Positions 31,773 to 43,713 of a DNA stretch of 64,000 bases are shown piece after piece (the stretch's first letter is position 1; every line of letters starts with the position of its first letter). Position numbers and translations under genes: made by a program. The notes under the pieces are model-generated. The model was given only the letters and a program-made list of their open reading frames with translations, was not told where the DNA came from and ran no database searches. Location of the stretch: positions 26,361 to 90,360 of the forward strand of contig JAANOX010000199.1 in the NCBI GenBank assembly GCA_020184695.1, read 5' to 3'. The stretch is from Histomonas meleagridis 2922-C6/04-290x (taxonomy: Eukaryota > Protista > Parabasalia).

Positions 31773-34700
31773 TTACGAAAAATTCGGAAAGTACGAACCA
31801 AAATTAAATGGTTTCCTTGCAGCTTTATAAGGATCGTTTTCTTCTTCTTCTTCTTCACCATTCATAATCATTCCAGGATAAACTTTTCTAAGTATTTCTT
31901 CGAGCAATTTTGAATTTTCTTCATTAATTTTCATTAACCTTTTCTTTCCCCATTGTTCTTTTATTCTTTGTTCGTCATATTCAATTCCTTTGATTTCTTT
32001 AAGCATATCAATAATTTCTTTTTTCTCAAATTCAGCTGCATTGAGAATTGCCGAGAATCCATCATTATCTTTAGCATTGATATCAATCCCTTTTTGTTCA
32101 AGAAGTATTTTAACTGTTTCTGTATGACCATTTCTAGATGCTAACATAAGTGCTGTTTTAAATAATTTATATAATTTCCAAATATTATTTTGAAATATCA
32201 AATTATTAATATAAATATTAAATAAAACAAATAAATATCTTTAACATTAATGTCAACACCTTTTTGTTCAAGAAGGAATTTAACTATTTCTATATTACCA
32301 TTAATAGATGCATATATAAGTGCTGTTTTAAATAATTTATATAATTTCCAAATAATATTTTGAAATATTAAATTATTAAAACAAATCTCAAATAAAGCAA
32401 ATAAATATCTTTAACATTAATATCAACACCTTTTTGTTCAAGAAGGAATTTAATTATTTCTATATGACTATTCATAGATGCATATATAAGTGCTGTTTTA
32501 AATAATTTAAATAATTTCCAAATATTATTTTGAAATATTAAATTATTAAAATAAATACAAAATAAAACAAATAAATATTTTTAGTTTCAATACCAATTCC
32601 TTCTTGTTCAAGAAGTAATTTAACTATTTCTAAATAACCATCTGAAGATGCTAAAATAAGTGCTGTTTGGAATAATTTAAATAATTTCCAAATATTATTT
32701 TGAAATATAATATCATTAAAATAAATTTTAAATAAAACAAATGAATATTTTTAGCTTCAATATCAATTCCTTCTTGTTCAAGAAGTAATTTAACTATTTC
32801 TATATGACCATTTAGAGATGCTCTAATAAGTGCTGTATCAAATAATTTAAATAGTTCCCAAATATTATTATGAAATATCAAATTATAAAAATAAATATTA
32901 AACAAAATAAATAAATAGTTTTAGCATTAATATCAATTCCTTTTTGTTCAAGAAGTAATTTAACGATTTCTGTATGACCATTTTCAGATGCACATATTAG
33001 TGCTGTTTCAAAGTAATATATAAAACTCCAAGAAATAACATATAACGCCAAATTATTATAATAAAAATCTACTTTAATAAATAAACATTCCCAAGATTAA
33101 TATTAATATCTTTTCGTTCCAAAAGTAATTTAACTATTTCAACATTTCCAAACGAAGATTCACACATTAGTATTGTTGAAAATAAATTTAATATATTCCA
33201 AATTTATTTTTGATATATTAAATAATTAAATCATGCTTTAATGAAAACATAAAAATATTTTGTACATTTATATCAGTTTTATCACATTCAATAAATAATT
33301 TAACAATTTCGGGTCTATTTTCCATAAATGCAATCAAAATTGCAGGATAAATTATTATAAATAAATTCCAAATATTATTTCCAAATATTATTAAATAAAA
33401 ATAAACATTTATCACATTAACATCAATATTATCTTTTTCAAGAAGTAATTTGACCATTTCACAACTACCATGTTTGACTGCTGACATAAGTATTGTCCAA
33501 TATTATCAAAACACACATCAATTAAAAAATTGAGGCATTAAACTCTTTGAATAAAGTTCATGTTAAAAAAATGTATATCTTTGGTATTGACATCGATTCC
33601 TTCTTGTTCAAGAAGTATTTTTATAATTTCTTCGCGTTTATTTTGAAATGCCATTTGAAGTGCTGTTCGAAATAATATGAATAATTTCCAAATATTATTT
33701 TGAAATATCAAATTATTAAAATAAATATCAAATAAAACAAATGAATATCTTGAGCATTAATATCAATTCCTTCTTGTTCAAGAAGTAATTTAACTATTTC
33801 TGTATGACCATTTTCAGATGCATTCATAAGTGCTGTCCAAAATAATTTAAATAATTTCCAAATATTATTTTGAAATATAATATCATTAAAATAAATTTTA
33901 AATAAAACAAATGAATATTTTTAGCTTCAATATCAATTCCTTCTTGTTCAAGAAGTAATTTAACTATTTCTATATGACCATTTAGAGATGCTCTAATAAG
34001 TGCTGTATCAAATAATTTAAATAGTTCCCAAATATTATTATGAAATATCAAATTATAAAAATAAATATTAAACAAAATAAATAAATAGTTTTAGCATTAA
34101 TATCAATTCCTTCTTGTTCAAGAAGTAATTTAACGATTTCTGTATGACCTTTTTCAGATCCCCACATAAGTGCTGTATCAAATAATTTAAAAAATTTCCA
34201 AATATTATTTTGAAATATTAAAATATTAAAATAAATTCTAAATAAAACAAATAAATATCTTTAGCATTAATATCAATTCCTTTTTGGTCAAGAAGTAATT
34301 TAACAAAATCATATTGATTATTAATTATAGATTTTTGAAGTGCTGTACAAAATAATTTGAATAAATTCCACTAAATAAACTGGAAAAATATTAAATTTAA
34401 CAAATATATATCTTTTTCATTGATATCAAAATTACAATGTTTAAAAATATAATTAATAAGTTCAAAATTTGCTGATGCGCAAGCATAGACCAAAGAATCT
34501 TTCGGGAATTCTTTTCCTTTAATAACATATTTTGCAAAATATATGTTGCCTTTTCTCAATGTTTCATGTACAATATCATTATTAATGATTAAACCATTTT
34601 CTTCTAGAAACAAAAATATTTCATAATTATTATGTTGAATACAGTTAATAGCTAACTCTGATAATCTATTTTGATGTTGTTCTTCTTCAGTTAATTGAAA

Positions 34701-35570
34701 ATGTGCACCAAAAAAATAATTTTGTTTTGCTTTGTCAGGCTCAAGATAATTTTTCTTATAAATATATTGGAAAATGTCATTTCGATGAAATCGAATTGCT
34801 GCTTCACAGGAGCCTTTAAAAGTAGCATGATTTTGTTCACATAAATGAATGATTTCAATGTTTCCTCCTGCAACTGCATATTTACCTGCGTTTTCTATTT
34901 TAGAACCATTTATTAGTAAATATTTAAAACATTTAATTGATCCAAAATATGCTGCATAATCAATTAATGAAATACCATTTAGATCAGTCATAAGTAAACA
35001 TTTTTCATAATAAGTTGAATTAATTCTTTGATTAATATCAAAATTTGCATGTGTTGATATTTCTTGAAGTTTATCAATATCATCTTTTTGTAATATTAAA
35101 GTTATTATTGGTATATATACATATGCTATAGCATATAAAAAGTCCATTGGATTTAAATCATTGTTATATTTCATAATTTCTTCAAGATCATAATCTTTAA
35201 TTGAAAGAAATAATTTCATATTAAGATTACTTCGTTTTTGCTCAATTATACCAGAATTTACAAGATCAGCATATAAATATTTTAATTCATTTGAATGAAT
35301 ACTGACATAATCTTTAAACATTTGGATAATTTCAGGATTTTTATTTAAAATTTTTTCTTCCTTATCTTCAATTAGTTTTAAGTAATTTAAATATATTTTG
35401 ACATCCTTATATTGCACAGAATAAGCTGTGCAAATGTTTTGCGTTATGACGAGATTAAATGTCATAGGAAAATTCTGGTCAAAAAATTCAACTGTTGTTT
35501 GAGTCGATTCTTCAATATTATCAGATTCTAGTTCAAATATAATTTGATGGATTGCTTGTAAAAACTTCAT
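31773..35570 (-). CDS. DUF3447 + about 16 ankyrin repeats, split by 14 non-canonical inserts
   Basis: 35570-34410 encodes a DUF3447-like region (IDYAAYFGSIKCFKYL...AVAGGNIEIIHLCEQ...AAIRFHRNDIFQY). Thirteen 93-nt coding segments follow (e.g. DTALMWGSEKGHTEIVKLLLEQEGIDINAKT), all without stops. The last segment (32159-31773) contains an uninterrupted repeat with KDNDG. Confidence 0.8.
32160..34409 (-). repeat. Array with 170-nt period (93-nt ankyrin segment + 77-nt insert)
   Basis: Inserts at 34350-34409 (60), 34180-34256, 34010-34086, 33840-33916, 33670-33746, 33500-33576, 33350-33406 (57), 33180-33256, 33010-33086, 32840-32916, 32670-32746, 32500-32576, 32330-32406 and 32160-32236 (77 nt unless stated). 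Confidence 0.92.
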
Positions 35571-36025
35571 TTTTGATGAACTTTGTGTTTTTTTCGATTT
35601 TGGACAAATATATATTATACATAGCCATCGACCACTTTTTTAATTATTATTCATTCAAAAAGTCAATTGAGTTGAAGGTGACCGTTATCATTCTATACAT
35701 TCTCAATTATTTAATAAAATAAAGTAGTCAATGTTAGTTTGGCAGAAAAGTGGAATACAAACAAAAGAAACTAGAAGATAAGAATATCATCATTTTAAAC
35801 AGATTTTGCACATCAAAAATGAAAAAAATTTAACAATGCTCCATTGCGAGTCTATCTGAACGGTATCAAAGACATAAGAATTTGAAAATCACATTCATAT
35901 GGTATATCATATCAGAAATTTTTGTTATTTCTCCTTAAACATTATTAATGATATGATAATATATTTAAATAGAGCAAATTCAATTTTTTAGTTTCATTTC
36001 AATGTTAAAAAAAATTATATGAAAA

Positions 36026-38530
36026 TTATTTTACTTTTGGAATACATGATCTTAATCCACTATCGATTACTTGTGCGTAAGGTGAATTTGGATACATTTG
36101 TAAATATTTCTGTGCAATTGATAAAATTTTTGGTTTTTCCAAAAACACTGCATTTACTTTCATTTGTTCTCCAATTACCAAAAACAATGCCATCGAAGCC
36201 AATTCCAGTTTTAATCTTTCTAACACCGTTCCAAGAGCTTTTGCAGTTAAGAAATCATCATTTAGATTCCAGTTCTGCAAATCATTTTCGAAGACTTCTA
36301 TTAACACTTCTAACGAAGCCTTTTTTAATAATTCGCATTTTTGTAATTCATAATTTATATTTATATTAAAGTATTCGGCGAAATCAAACAATTGCAAAAA
36401 ATGATTATGTTCAATCATTTTAGATATAAATGATTGATTAAATTCTTTTGTAAATATATCTTTTAATGAAAGAAGATCATCAAATATTTCAGGACTTGTA
36501 TTTAATAAAACAAATTCTCGAATATTTGACGATAACTTCATAAAAATCATTTTCCAATTTAATGGAATTTTACAAATTTTTATTTTATTTTCGTCTTGTG
36601 CAAGTGAAAAAGCTTTTTCAACAATATCTTTAAGAAGATTTTCATCACAATTCTCAATCATTCTTAATAAGTTATTATTGTTATTATGAAGTGCAGAAAT
36701 AATAATAACCATTGATATGAATAATACATATTTTTCTTTATCTTTCATCAATGTTGAAATACAAAACTCGAAAAATTCGGGAAATATATCATAAGGTATA
36801 TCAACTAAAGGATAAGGAGCAAAAATTACTGACGTCAAAGGAAGTGTTTGAAATTTAAATTCTTTCGGTAACATTAATATTTCGATTCCATTGGAGAAAT
36901 GAAAACAACCTTGAAATTCCGAAAGATAATTTTTCGTTATAATAATATAACTATTATCTTTTTGTAAAAACAACATCGAAGGTTGATTAATTGAATAAAT
37001 ATATTTTATGTTCCTTTGATTAATCATTTTTTGTGGATATGAACAAACATAACCGTCGAAAAAATGTAAAACAATTCCAAATATTGAACTAAGTAAAGCA
37101 TTTTGGATTTGGCCATTAGCAGTTTGTGTTGTTATACTATAAAAAAGATTATTTGTAACTTGATGAAAATCTTTTTCTTTTTGATGTTTCCGGAATTTTA
37201 ATATCGAAAAACGTGTATGACATGAAACGATTATATCATTTTTATTCGAATTTATTTTATGAATAGAATGTGGAAATGGCATTGAATATATTTCATTAAG
37301 TTGGAAATCAAATATTTTCATTTGATATTCATCATTAGAAAATGTAAATACTAATAAATATTTCTTAATAAAATAAATACTTTTGATGACTTGTTTAATA
37401 TCTTTGCTGATATAAGCTTCTTTTTGTTGCAAAACAATTGTACTAAGTGAAGAAATCGCATATAAATAATTACTGGAATTGTATTCTACAAATGAGATTG
37501 GATAAAAAGTACCATTATAATCGATAATGTTAGAATTACCAATTGGTATAACTTTAGATGATGTAAATGCATATTCTGTCCTCAAATGTGCAAGTTCAAT
37601 AACACAAATTTGATTTTCTTTGTTAATAAAATAAACCCCATGGATCAAATCACAATAATCAAATGATGTTACATTAATCAAATCTGGAATATGTGTAATA
37701 TGAACAGAATTTGATAAAAAATCAAAAAAAGTGACAGCGCCATCACTTTGAACGATACAAAGAACTTGATGATTGCAAATCCATTTTAGGTATGTAACAA
37801 CATTAATATTGGAAGAGTCAGTGGATGGAGGAGAAATTAATGTGGGCTTTGAATTTGGAAGATTGGAATTCATAATAACAACACTCCCATTTGTTAAAGA
37901 TGCTGCAATGAGATTATATGTAGGATTCGGATCAATAAGAGTAGGATCACTGATTGAAAAAAATGTAAACATAAGCTTTGTCTGTGATTGAATGGATTTA
38001 CGTGGGATTGTGATGAAACATGGTTTATTACTAAGAATGGTAGCAAGAACTTGTTTGCTTGGAATAAACACTGATGTGCTTGGCCCACTATCTCCAAAAT
38101 TCAATAGATATTGAGATGGAAGAACTCGACAATCATTTGAAACAAAAACAATTGAAGAATTGGCAAGGAATAAACCTAGAGCATTGTGAGCTGAAAATGT
38201 AGAGGTAATTAAAACATTTGGTATGTGAAGTGATTTAATTGTATTCGGATCTGAAAGATTTGAAATAAAAATTGCACCAACTTTACTTCCAAATGAAATT
38301 GTACTGGAGTTTATCCATTGAACCCAATGGTTATACCCATGTTCTTTAATTGAATCTTCTTTCCGAACAATTTCTGTTATTAAATCATGTTTGAATTTAA
38401 GTGAATCCCTAATTATAACTCTATCTTTTTGTAAATAAGCAATGTAAATCCCATTTGGAGATGTTTTCATGGTGATTGGATTTTCTGATATTTCTGTGTT
38501 TCGCACATCGAAAGGCACAAAAACATCCAT
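36026..38530 (-). CDS. RIC1-like beta-propeller/helical protein (Rab6 GEF subunit candidate)
   Basis: The N-terminal RKEDSIKEHGYNHWVQW resembles the RIC1 R...S...G.N....W motif; beta-rich N-terminus and helical C-terminus. Confidence 0.5.
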   Translation of the reverse strand: MDVFVPFDVRNTEISENPITMKTSPNGIYIAYLQKDRVIIRDSLKFKHDLITEIVRKEDSIKEHGYNHWVQWINSSTISFGSKVGAIFISNLSDPNTIKSLHIPNVLITSTFSAHNALGLFLANSSIVFVSNDCRVLPSQYLLNFGDSGPSTSVFIPSKQVLATILSNKPCFITIPRKSIQSQTKLMFTFFSISDPTLIDPNPTYNLIAASLTNGSVVIMNSNLPNSKPTLISPPSTDSSNINVVTYLKWICNHQVLCIVQSDGAVTFFDFLSNSVHITHIPDLINVTSFDYCDLIHGVYFINKENQICVIELAHLRTEYAFTSSKVIPIGNSNIIDYNGTFYPISFVEYNSSNYLYAISSLSTIVLQQKEAYISKDIKQVIKSIYFIKKYLLVFTFSNDEYQMKIFDFQLNEIYSMPFPHSIHKINSNKNDIIVSCHTRFSILKFRKHQKEKDFHQVTNNLFYSITTQTANGQIQNALLSSIFGIVLHFFDGYVCSYPQKMINQRNIKYIYSINQPSMLFLQKDNSYIIITKNYLSEFQGCFHFSNGIEILMLPKEFKFQTLPLTSVIFAPYPLVDIPYDIFPEFFEFCISTLMKDKEKYVLFISMVIIISALHNNNNNLLRMIENCDENLLKDIVEKAFSLAQDENKIKICKIPLNWKMIFMKLSSNIREFVLLNTSPEIFDDLLSLKDIFTKEFNQSFISKMIEHNHFLQLFDFAEYFNININYELQKCELLKKASLEVLIEVFENDLQNWNLNDDFLTAKALGTVLERLKLELASMALFLVIGEQMKVNAVFLEKPKILSIAQKYLQMYPNSPYAQVIDSGLRSCIPKVK

Positions 38531-38799
38531 TTAGATAAAGACGATAAAAACCGAAATAAGAATAAATCCAAATAATGCGTTAAAGCAAGATTTGGAAATT
38601 TTAAATTTGTTTAACATATAATTTTTAAACTAGATGAGTAGTGTATAAAAAGCAGTGTACGTTACGATAACCAACTTTTTCGATAATCATTTCCCACATT
38701 TATCCAAACTTATTAGAAGTCAAATATTATATGCATCTTTTGTTTTTTTTTAACAAAGGATTTAAAAATATGTTTAAACTTTTTTTAAAAAGTCGACTC

Positions 38800-39100
38800 A
38801 AAATGACTCAGTTTTTATATATATTTCTTCAAAAAGTTCATGACGAAAAATAATTTCATAGAAGCAAAAATTACCTATAGATTGCAATGATATTCCCCCG
38901 AATTTCATACATCGAAAAAGGTTAAATATTTTATATAGACAACACCTATACAACTGACCCACATATATGAAATAAAAATTATTCAAATCAAAAAGGAAGT
39001 AAAATGATAAATTCGCATATGAATCAGCAACATGTTCATTGTATGATAAGTAATAATATAAAACACGAAGGGAGTGAAATATTTTATCAGAAAAATCAAA
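38800..39100 (-). pseudogene. BspA-like LRR fragment
   Basis: FGGISLQSIGNFCF-type LRR remnant in degraded frames. Confidence 0.35.
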
Positions 39101-39199
39101 CAACATAAATTATTTATTACAATATGTTTCATTCAGTGATTGTATGGATAACATTCGCATAAACTTTAAGCATACTATTCCTTCAAAATAGTATTTATT

Positions 39200-40290
39200 T
39201 GCCATTCTTCAACGAACTTCAATGATAATAATAAAAGAAATCTTTCAAAGATACAACATATTATAATTGATAATGTTGGAAAGCTTGAAAGTAATGAATT
39301 CAGAGATTGGCCTTTATTAACATCAGCTATAATTAGAGAATCAGTTGAATTTAAAAATAGTGGAGCATTTTTATCATGTAAATAATTAGAATATGTACAA
39401 TTTCCAGAAAATTCAGTGAATGGAATCGGAGATACTGCATTTTCTGAATATATTTCATTAATTAATACTACAATTCTTTTTGATTAATGCATTTTAAAAA
39501 TGTACAGGACTTGCAAAAATAACTTTAGATGTAGGTGTACGTACACAAACAATTTGTTCTTATGCATTCAGAAGATGTTCAAAACTTATGAATATTTATA
39601 TACCAAGTTCTGTTTCTTCAATTGGAAATCCATTTTTATTGGTGAAAATATTAATGATATTGGTACTTATGCATTTGGTAATTATACATCACTTAAATGT
39701 ATTATTTTAATGGAGAAATTTCACCAGAAAAACAAAATGATTCATTTATTAATAATGTGACATTAGTTACGACATTAGAAACATATCAAAACATTTGGAA
39801 ATATGAATATTATTAAGAGAACAATACTTGACGAATGTCTCCCCCCAACACGCACATTCACACAAAGTGATACATTATAGTGTACTTGAGTTATATTTAG
39901 TAAAAATATAAATACAATTTCATTGATAACATTTAAATCAACTCATAGTTATATAGCGACAAATGTCGTTTATTTCGATTACACTGTTATATATATTTAA
40001 TCTTATATTAGATATTATTCTGACTTTTATAAATTAGTTGTAACTGATTATGATAATACGCCAAAAGATAATTCGATATCAAATGGATTGTTAATTAGAA
40101 TGATATGCTGCGCTATTGTGATAGTCTTGATAATTGTCGGATTTATAATGTTTATGTTCAAAAGAAATAAGAAACAACGAAAGCAAAATCGTTGTCAAAT
40201 AATAATACGTCATCATATATGGGAGGAAATCACAAAGATGTGAACAATGAATTTAAAAGTTTGATAATGGAAGATGAGGACCAATGGATT
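39200..40290 (+). pseudogene. BspA-like (TpLRR) surface protein pseudogene with TM remnant
   Basis: GAFLSCK*LEYVQFPENSVNGIGDTAF, CSYAFRRCSKLMNIYIPSSVSSIGN, IGTYAFGNYTSL; C-terminal ICCAIVIVLIIVGFIMFMFKRNKK; contains stops and frameshifts. Confidence 0.7.
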
Positions 40291-40619
40291 TGAGTATAAA
40301 TAAAATATGTTGAATATTTATATGTTTTAATTATATTAATTAATCAATGTTTATCGTGAAAAGAAATTACTAATTTTTTATGAAATATAATTAAATTTTT
40401 CTTTTCTTATTCATCAATGAAAATGAGTGAAGATTATATTGTATATACATTACATTAAATATATTGAAATATGGTAATAAATATTTATATGGTCACCATT
40501 GTTCTTAACTACCTCTTTTAGGCGTTGGGGCATAAAATTTATCAGATTTGTCATTTTAAATATATTTTAATATACATTAAAAAGTGCAATTTAATTCCCA
40601 CCACGAAATATTTTATTTC

Positions 40620-41260
40620 ATCTTTTTCTTCATATTTTGGAGTTTCATTGACCATTAAAGAACGACCAGATTAAAGATATTTCGAATTCACTACACAGAA
40701 TTTATATTGCTTTTTCAATTTGACATCATTGATATGCGAAAAACGATGAAAAAGTTAATAAGCTGCCGGTATAAATTCAATCCTCTTTCCATTTTTGATT
40801 TCCAGCTTATATGTCTTTTTGATGACATCAATAATCAATGAAGTTTTTGTACAAAATTCTATAATGAGACTTTTTTTTGGTTTGGTTTACTGACAATGAT
40901 AGGGTCTATCATTTCACTTATATTAGAATGTTAGACAGTTAATACATAAAGATGAAAATTATATCATTGTTTTAGTTAAAGAACAAAATATTTCATGATT
41001 TATCATATTCGAAACAAATTTCAATGGATTTTTTATTCATGAGCCAAATTACGCATCTTAAGGTGTTTTTTGTTTGGGATGAATACAATCAAATGGAATA
41101 CATATACCATTATTACCAACCATATATTCACAAACACTAGTTTTTTGTTTTTTAGGAATGGAATCAATCCTTAATAAAGAGAGGTCCTCTCTAAAGGCAT
41201 AACTATGAATATCACCTAAAGTTTGAATGTTTGATAAAGATAAATTATTCAATACTGGTA
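40620..41260 (-). pseudogene. Degenerate BspA-like LRR remnant
   Basis: LGDIHSYAFREDLSLLRIDSIP...; frames fragmented. Confidence 0.35.
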
Positions 41261-41539
41261 ATTACCTTGTGTGTTTCATTAATCTCAAATATTTCCAAAA
41301 AATCTCTGAGATTATTTCAATCATATGGCATGATTATTATTGCAATTCTTCTAATAATATCACCATATTGTAAATCAAATGTAGAGCATATCCTCCTTTT
41401 GACAAAACATATTCTTTCAAGTGAACTTTTTTAAAACTATTCACTTCATTTTTATGAACAATTTGAAGAATATTGAAAGTAGAAATTCTTAACTCTGACG
41501 AGAGTACTGAGAAAATTTTCATTGGACATATAGAAGCAC

Positions 41540-41990
41540 CTAAATGATGAATTGTTTCATGAATTGCTTCATAATGAATGACAGAATGATGGCGTGTTGG
41601 CTTAATAAAAGTTGTTCGTCTATGGTATTTTTAGCTTCTTCTTCATCGAGACGACGGTTCGGAGTTGGGAGATTGAACTTCGCTTCTGTCATCCATTTAT
41701 ATATTGTGAATGACTTGTAGGCATTCTCACCAAACTTCATTTTAAGTATGTCTGAAATTTGTTGATGATTGCACTCTTGTTTTTATAGATTAATGATGAT
41801 ATCCTTTCGACTCATATTTTTTTTCACCACTAACGGTCGTCGTACGAAATTCGAAAACACATTTCCTCAATATATAATAAAAATCATAAAATAATATAAA
41901 GATAATTTATTAAAGAATTCTTTGATATAACGCGATTTTACTGATTTCTTTTATGCATCGAGATTCTACGGAAAAGTGGGACACCCTATA
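41540..41990 (-). mobile_element. Mariner/Tc1-like transposase HTH remnant with possible left TIR
   Basis: ATG at 41815: MSRKDIIINL*KQECNHQQISDILKMKFGENAYKSFTIYKW...IDEQL is mariner-type HTH-like. Upstream on the same strand, TA-TAGGGTGTCCCACTTTT (41990-41972) resembles a Tc1/mariner end; no partner TIR found. Confidence 0.55.
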
Positions 41991-42244
41991 TATATAAAAT
42001 AACTCCATAAGCTTGGGAACAAATACCTAATCTCTATGATTCTCAAAATGAAGATGAACTTGAACTGATTTATATCTAACAAATAAATAGGCATTAATCC
42101 AATTTTCACACTTTTAATGAATTTATAATAAGCGACCGTTAATATAAGCCATCTATCGTACTTCTGTCATTTTGAAGGCACACCTTTGAATGCATTCAAA
42201 AACAAACAACAATTCCTTAAATAAAGTTGATGTTATTTTCTTGT

Positions 42245-43054
42245 TTACTCCAAGTTGATATTAACTTTTGTTACTTTGAATTCATTATCCTTGGCAAGAA
42301 CATCGCTGTATTGAACAAATGGATGAGCTTCTGGTTCCTTCTGCTCCCATTGATCTGGTGTTAAGAATGAATATGTTGCCTCAATTGCTTTATATGTAGC
42401 AACAAGGAAGTTAGCTGATGTCTTTGTGTTACCAATTGATGATGTGAAAAGATCTTCAAAGCCGGCCATAGCTAAGAGCTTCTTGGCAACTGAGCCGGCA
42501 ACAATACCTGAACCACGTGGGGCTGGGATAAGTCTGACGCGAACAGATCCACATTTACCAGTAACTGTACTTGGAACAGTATGTGGTTGACCAATTTTAT
42601 TACCCCAGTAACCACGACGAACAGGAAGAATAGAAAGCTTAGCATAGATTAAAGCACCTTTGATGGCATTTGCAACTTCTGCAGATGTTTTAATACCAAG
42701 ACCAACATGTCCATCATAATCACCGACTGCAACGACTGCCTTAAAGCGTGTGCGTTGTCCGGCACGTGTTTGTTTCTGAACAGGCATGATTTTCATAACC
42801 TCATCCTTTAAGTTATCACCCAAGAGTGCATCAATAATTTCTGGTTCCTTAATTGGCATAGCATGAAGGTAAATTTGTTCGATTGATGTGATACGACCAG
42901 AAGCAACTAAACGTCCTAATTTTGTCTTTGGTTGCCACTTATCTTTTCCACCTCTGTTTTGTGCATTACGTTGTGGGCGTTCACGTTGTTGGCGTCCTCG
43001 CATTCCGCCTTGGCGCCTTTCAGTTCCATTTTGTTTTGGGACTTGTTCAGACAT
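42245..43054 (-). CDS. RPS2: 40S ribosomal protein S2 (uS5)
   Basis: [56 protein letters not shown]; likely start MSEQ at 43054. Confidence 0.97.
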   Translation of the reverse strand: MSEQVPKQNGTERRQGGMRGRQQRERPQRNAQNRGGKDKWQPKTKLGRLVASGRITSIEQIYLHAMPIKEPEIIDALLGDNLKDEVMKIMPVQKQTRAGQRTRFKAVVAVGDYDGHVGLGIKTSAEVANAIKGALIYAKLSILPVRRGYWGNKIGQPHTVPSTVTGKCGSVRVRLIPAPRGSGIVAGSVAKKLLAMAGFEDLFTSSIGNTKTSANFLVATYKAIEATYSFLTPDQWEQKEPEAHPFVQYSDVLAKDNEFKVTKVNINLE

Positions 43055-43713
43055 AGCAAGAAAGGTTCGACCAAACCGTTTTTGGTGCACCCCATACGTT
43101 TAAATTAAACACATAAAAAGTGATAAATTAACGTCTTTTTTCCCATTTAACACAATCTGAGTGTTATTATTTGATTAATATAAAAAAGAAATATTCATTA
43201 AACTTTATAAAGAACAATTAAAATGATTTTTTTTGTCCAAAAATATTACTACATCAAATAAAAATATGAAAATATGAAATTTCAAATAAACTTATCAGCA
43301 AAATTCGTTTGAGAAAGACTTTCTTGAAATAAAAATGTACATAATATATTTAAATAAATTGTATATGTTGTTAATTTATGAATTTTATGAGAAATTATAA
43401 AGAAGTGAATGATTTCAAAAAATTGATGATTTTTCAAAAAACATATTTTAAACCTTCCATAATTATATATGTTAGCCTACATTCATTGTAAATTCTTTTT
43501 GACTTATACAAAAATCTTGAAAATCATTAGACATTTAAAAAAACTCAAAATTTCGTTTTCTAAAACAATGCTTCAAACATCTTTCATTAAAAATTTATTT
43601 TTCTAATCTACGCAATTATGAGAGAAAAAAAATTAATATTTTTCCTTATACAAAATTCATTAAGATAAAATTCTTTAAAAAACAATTTTTATTTATTAAA
43701 AGCATATATAATT

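Noticed and set aside
33180-33576. Single -1 ribosomal frameshift reading the inserts as 26-aa loops
   Set aside because: The -1 frame is open in many inserts. But 33500-33576, 33180-33256 and 8318-8394 have stops in the -1 frame downstream of the 0-frame stop, so a simple slip cannot pass.
32160-34409. Ankyrin inserts as canonical GT-AG introns
   Set aside because: Most inserts have no AG. The nearest AG (ACAG in the Thr-Ala codons) is absent in three repeats and, paired with the GT at insert position 9, gives a frameshift and deletes the TA motif. In A2 the only in-phase GT..AG creates a TAA.
32160-34409. CRISPR-like array
   Set aside because: The conserved units are protein-coding ankyrin segments in a eukaryote, the spacers are related to each other, and there are no cas genes.
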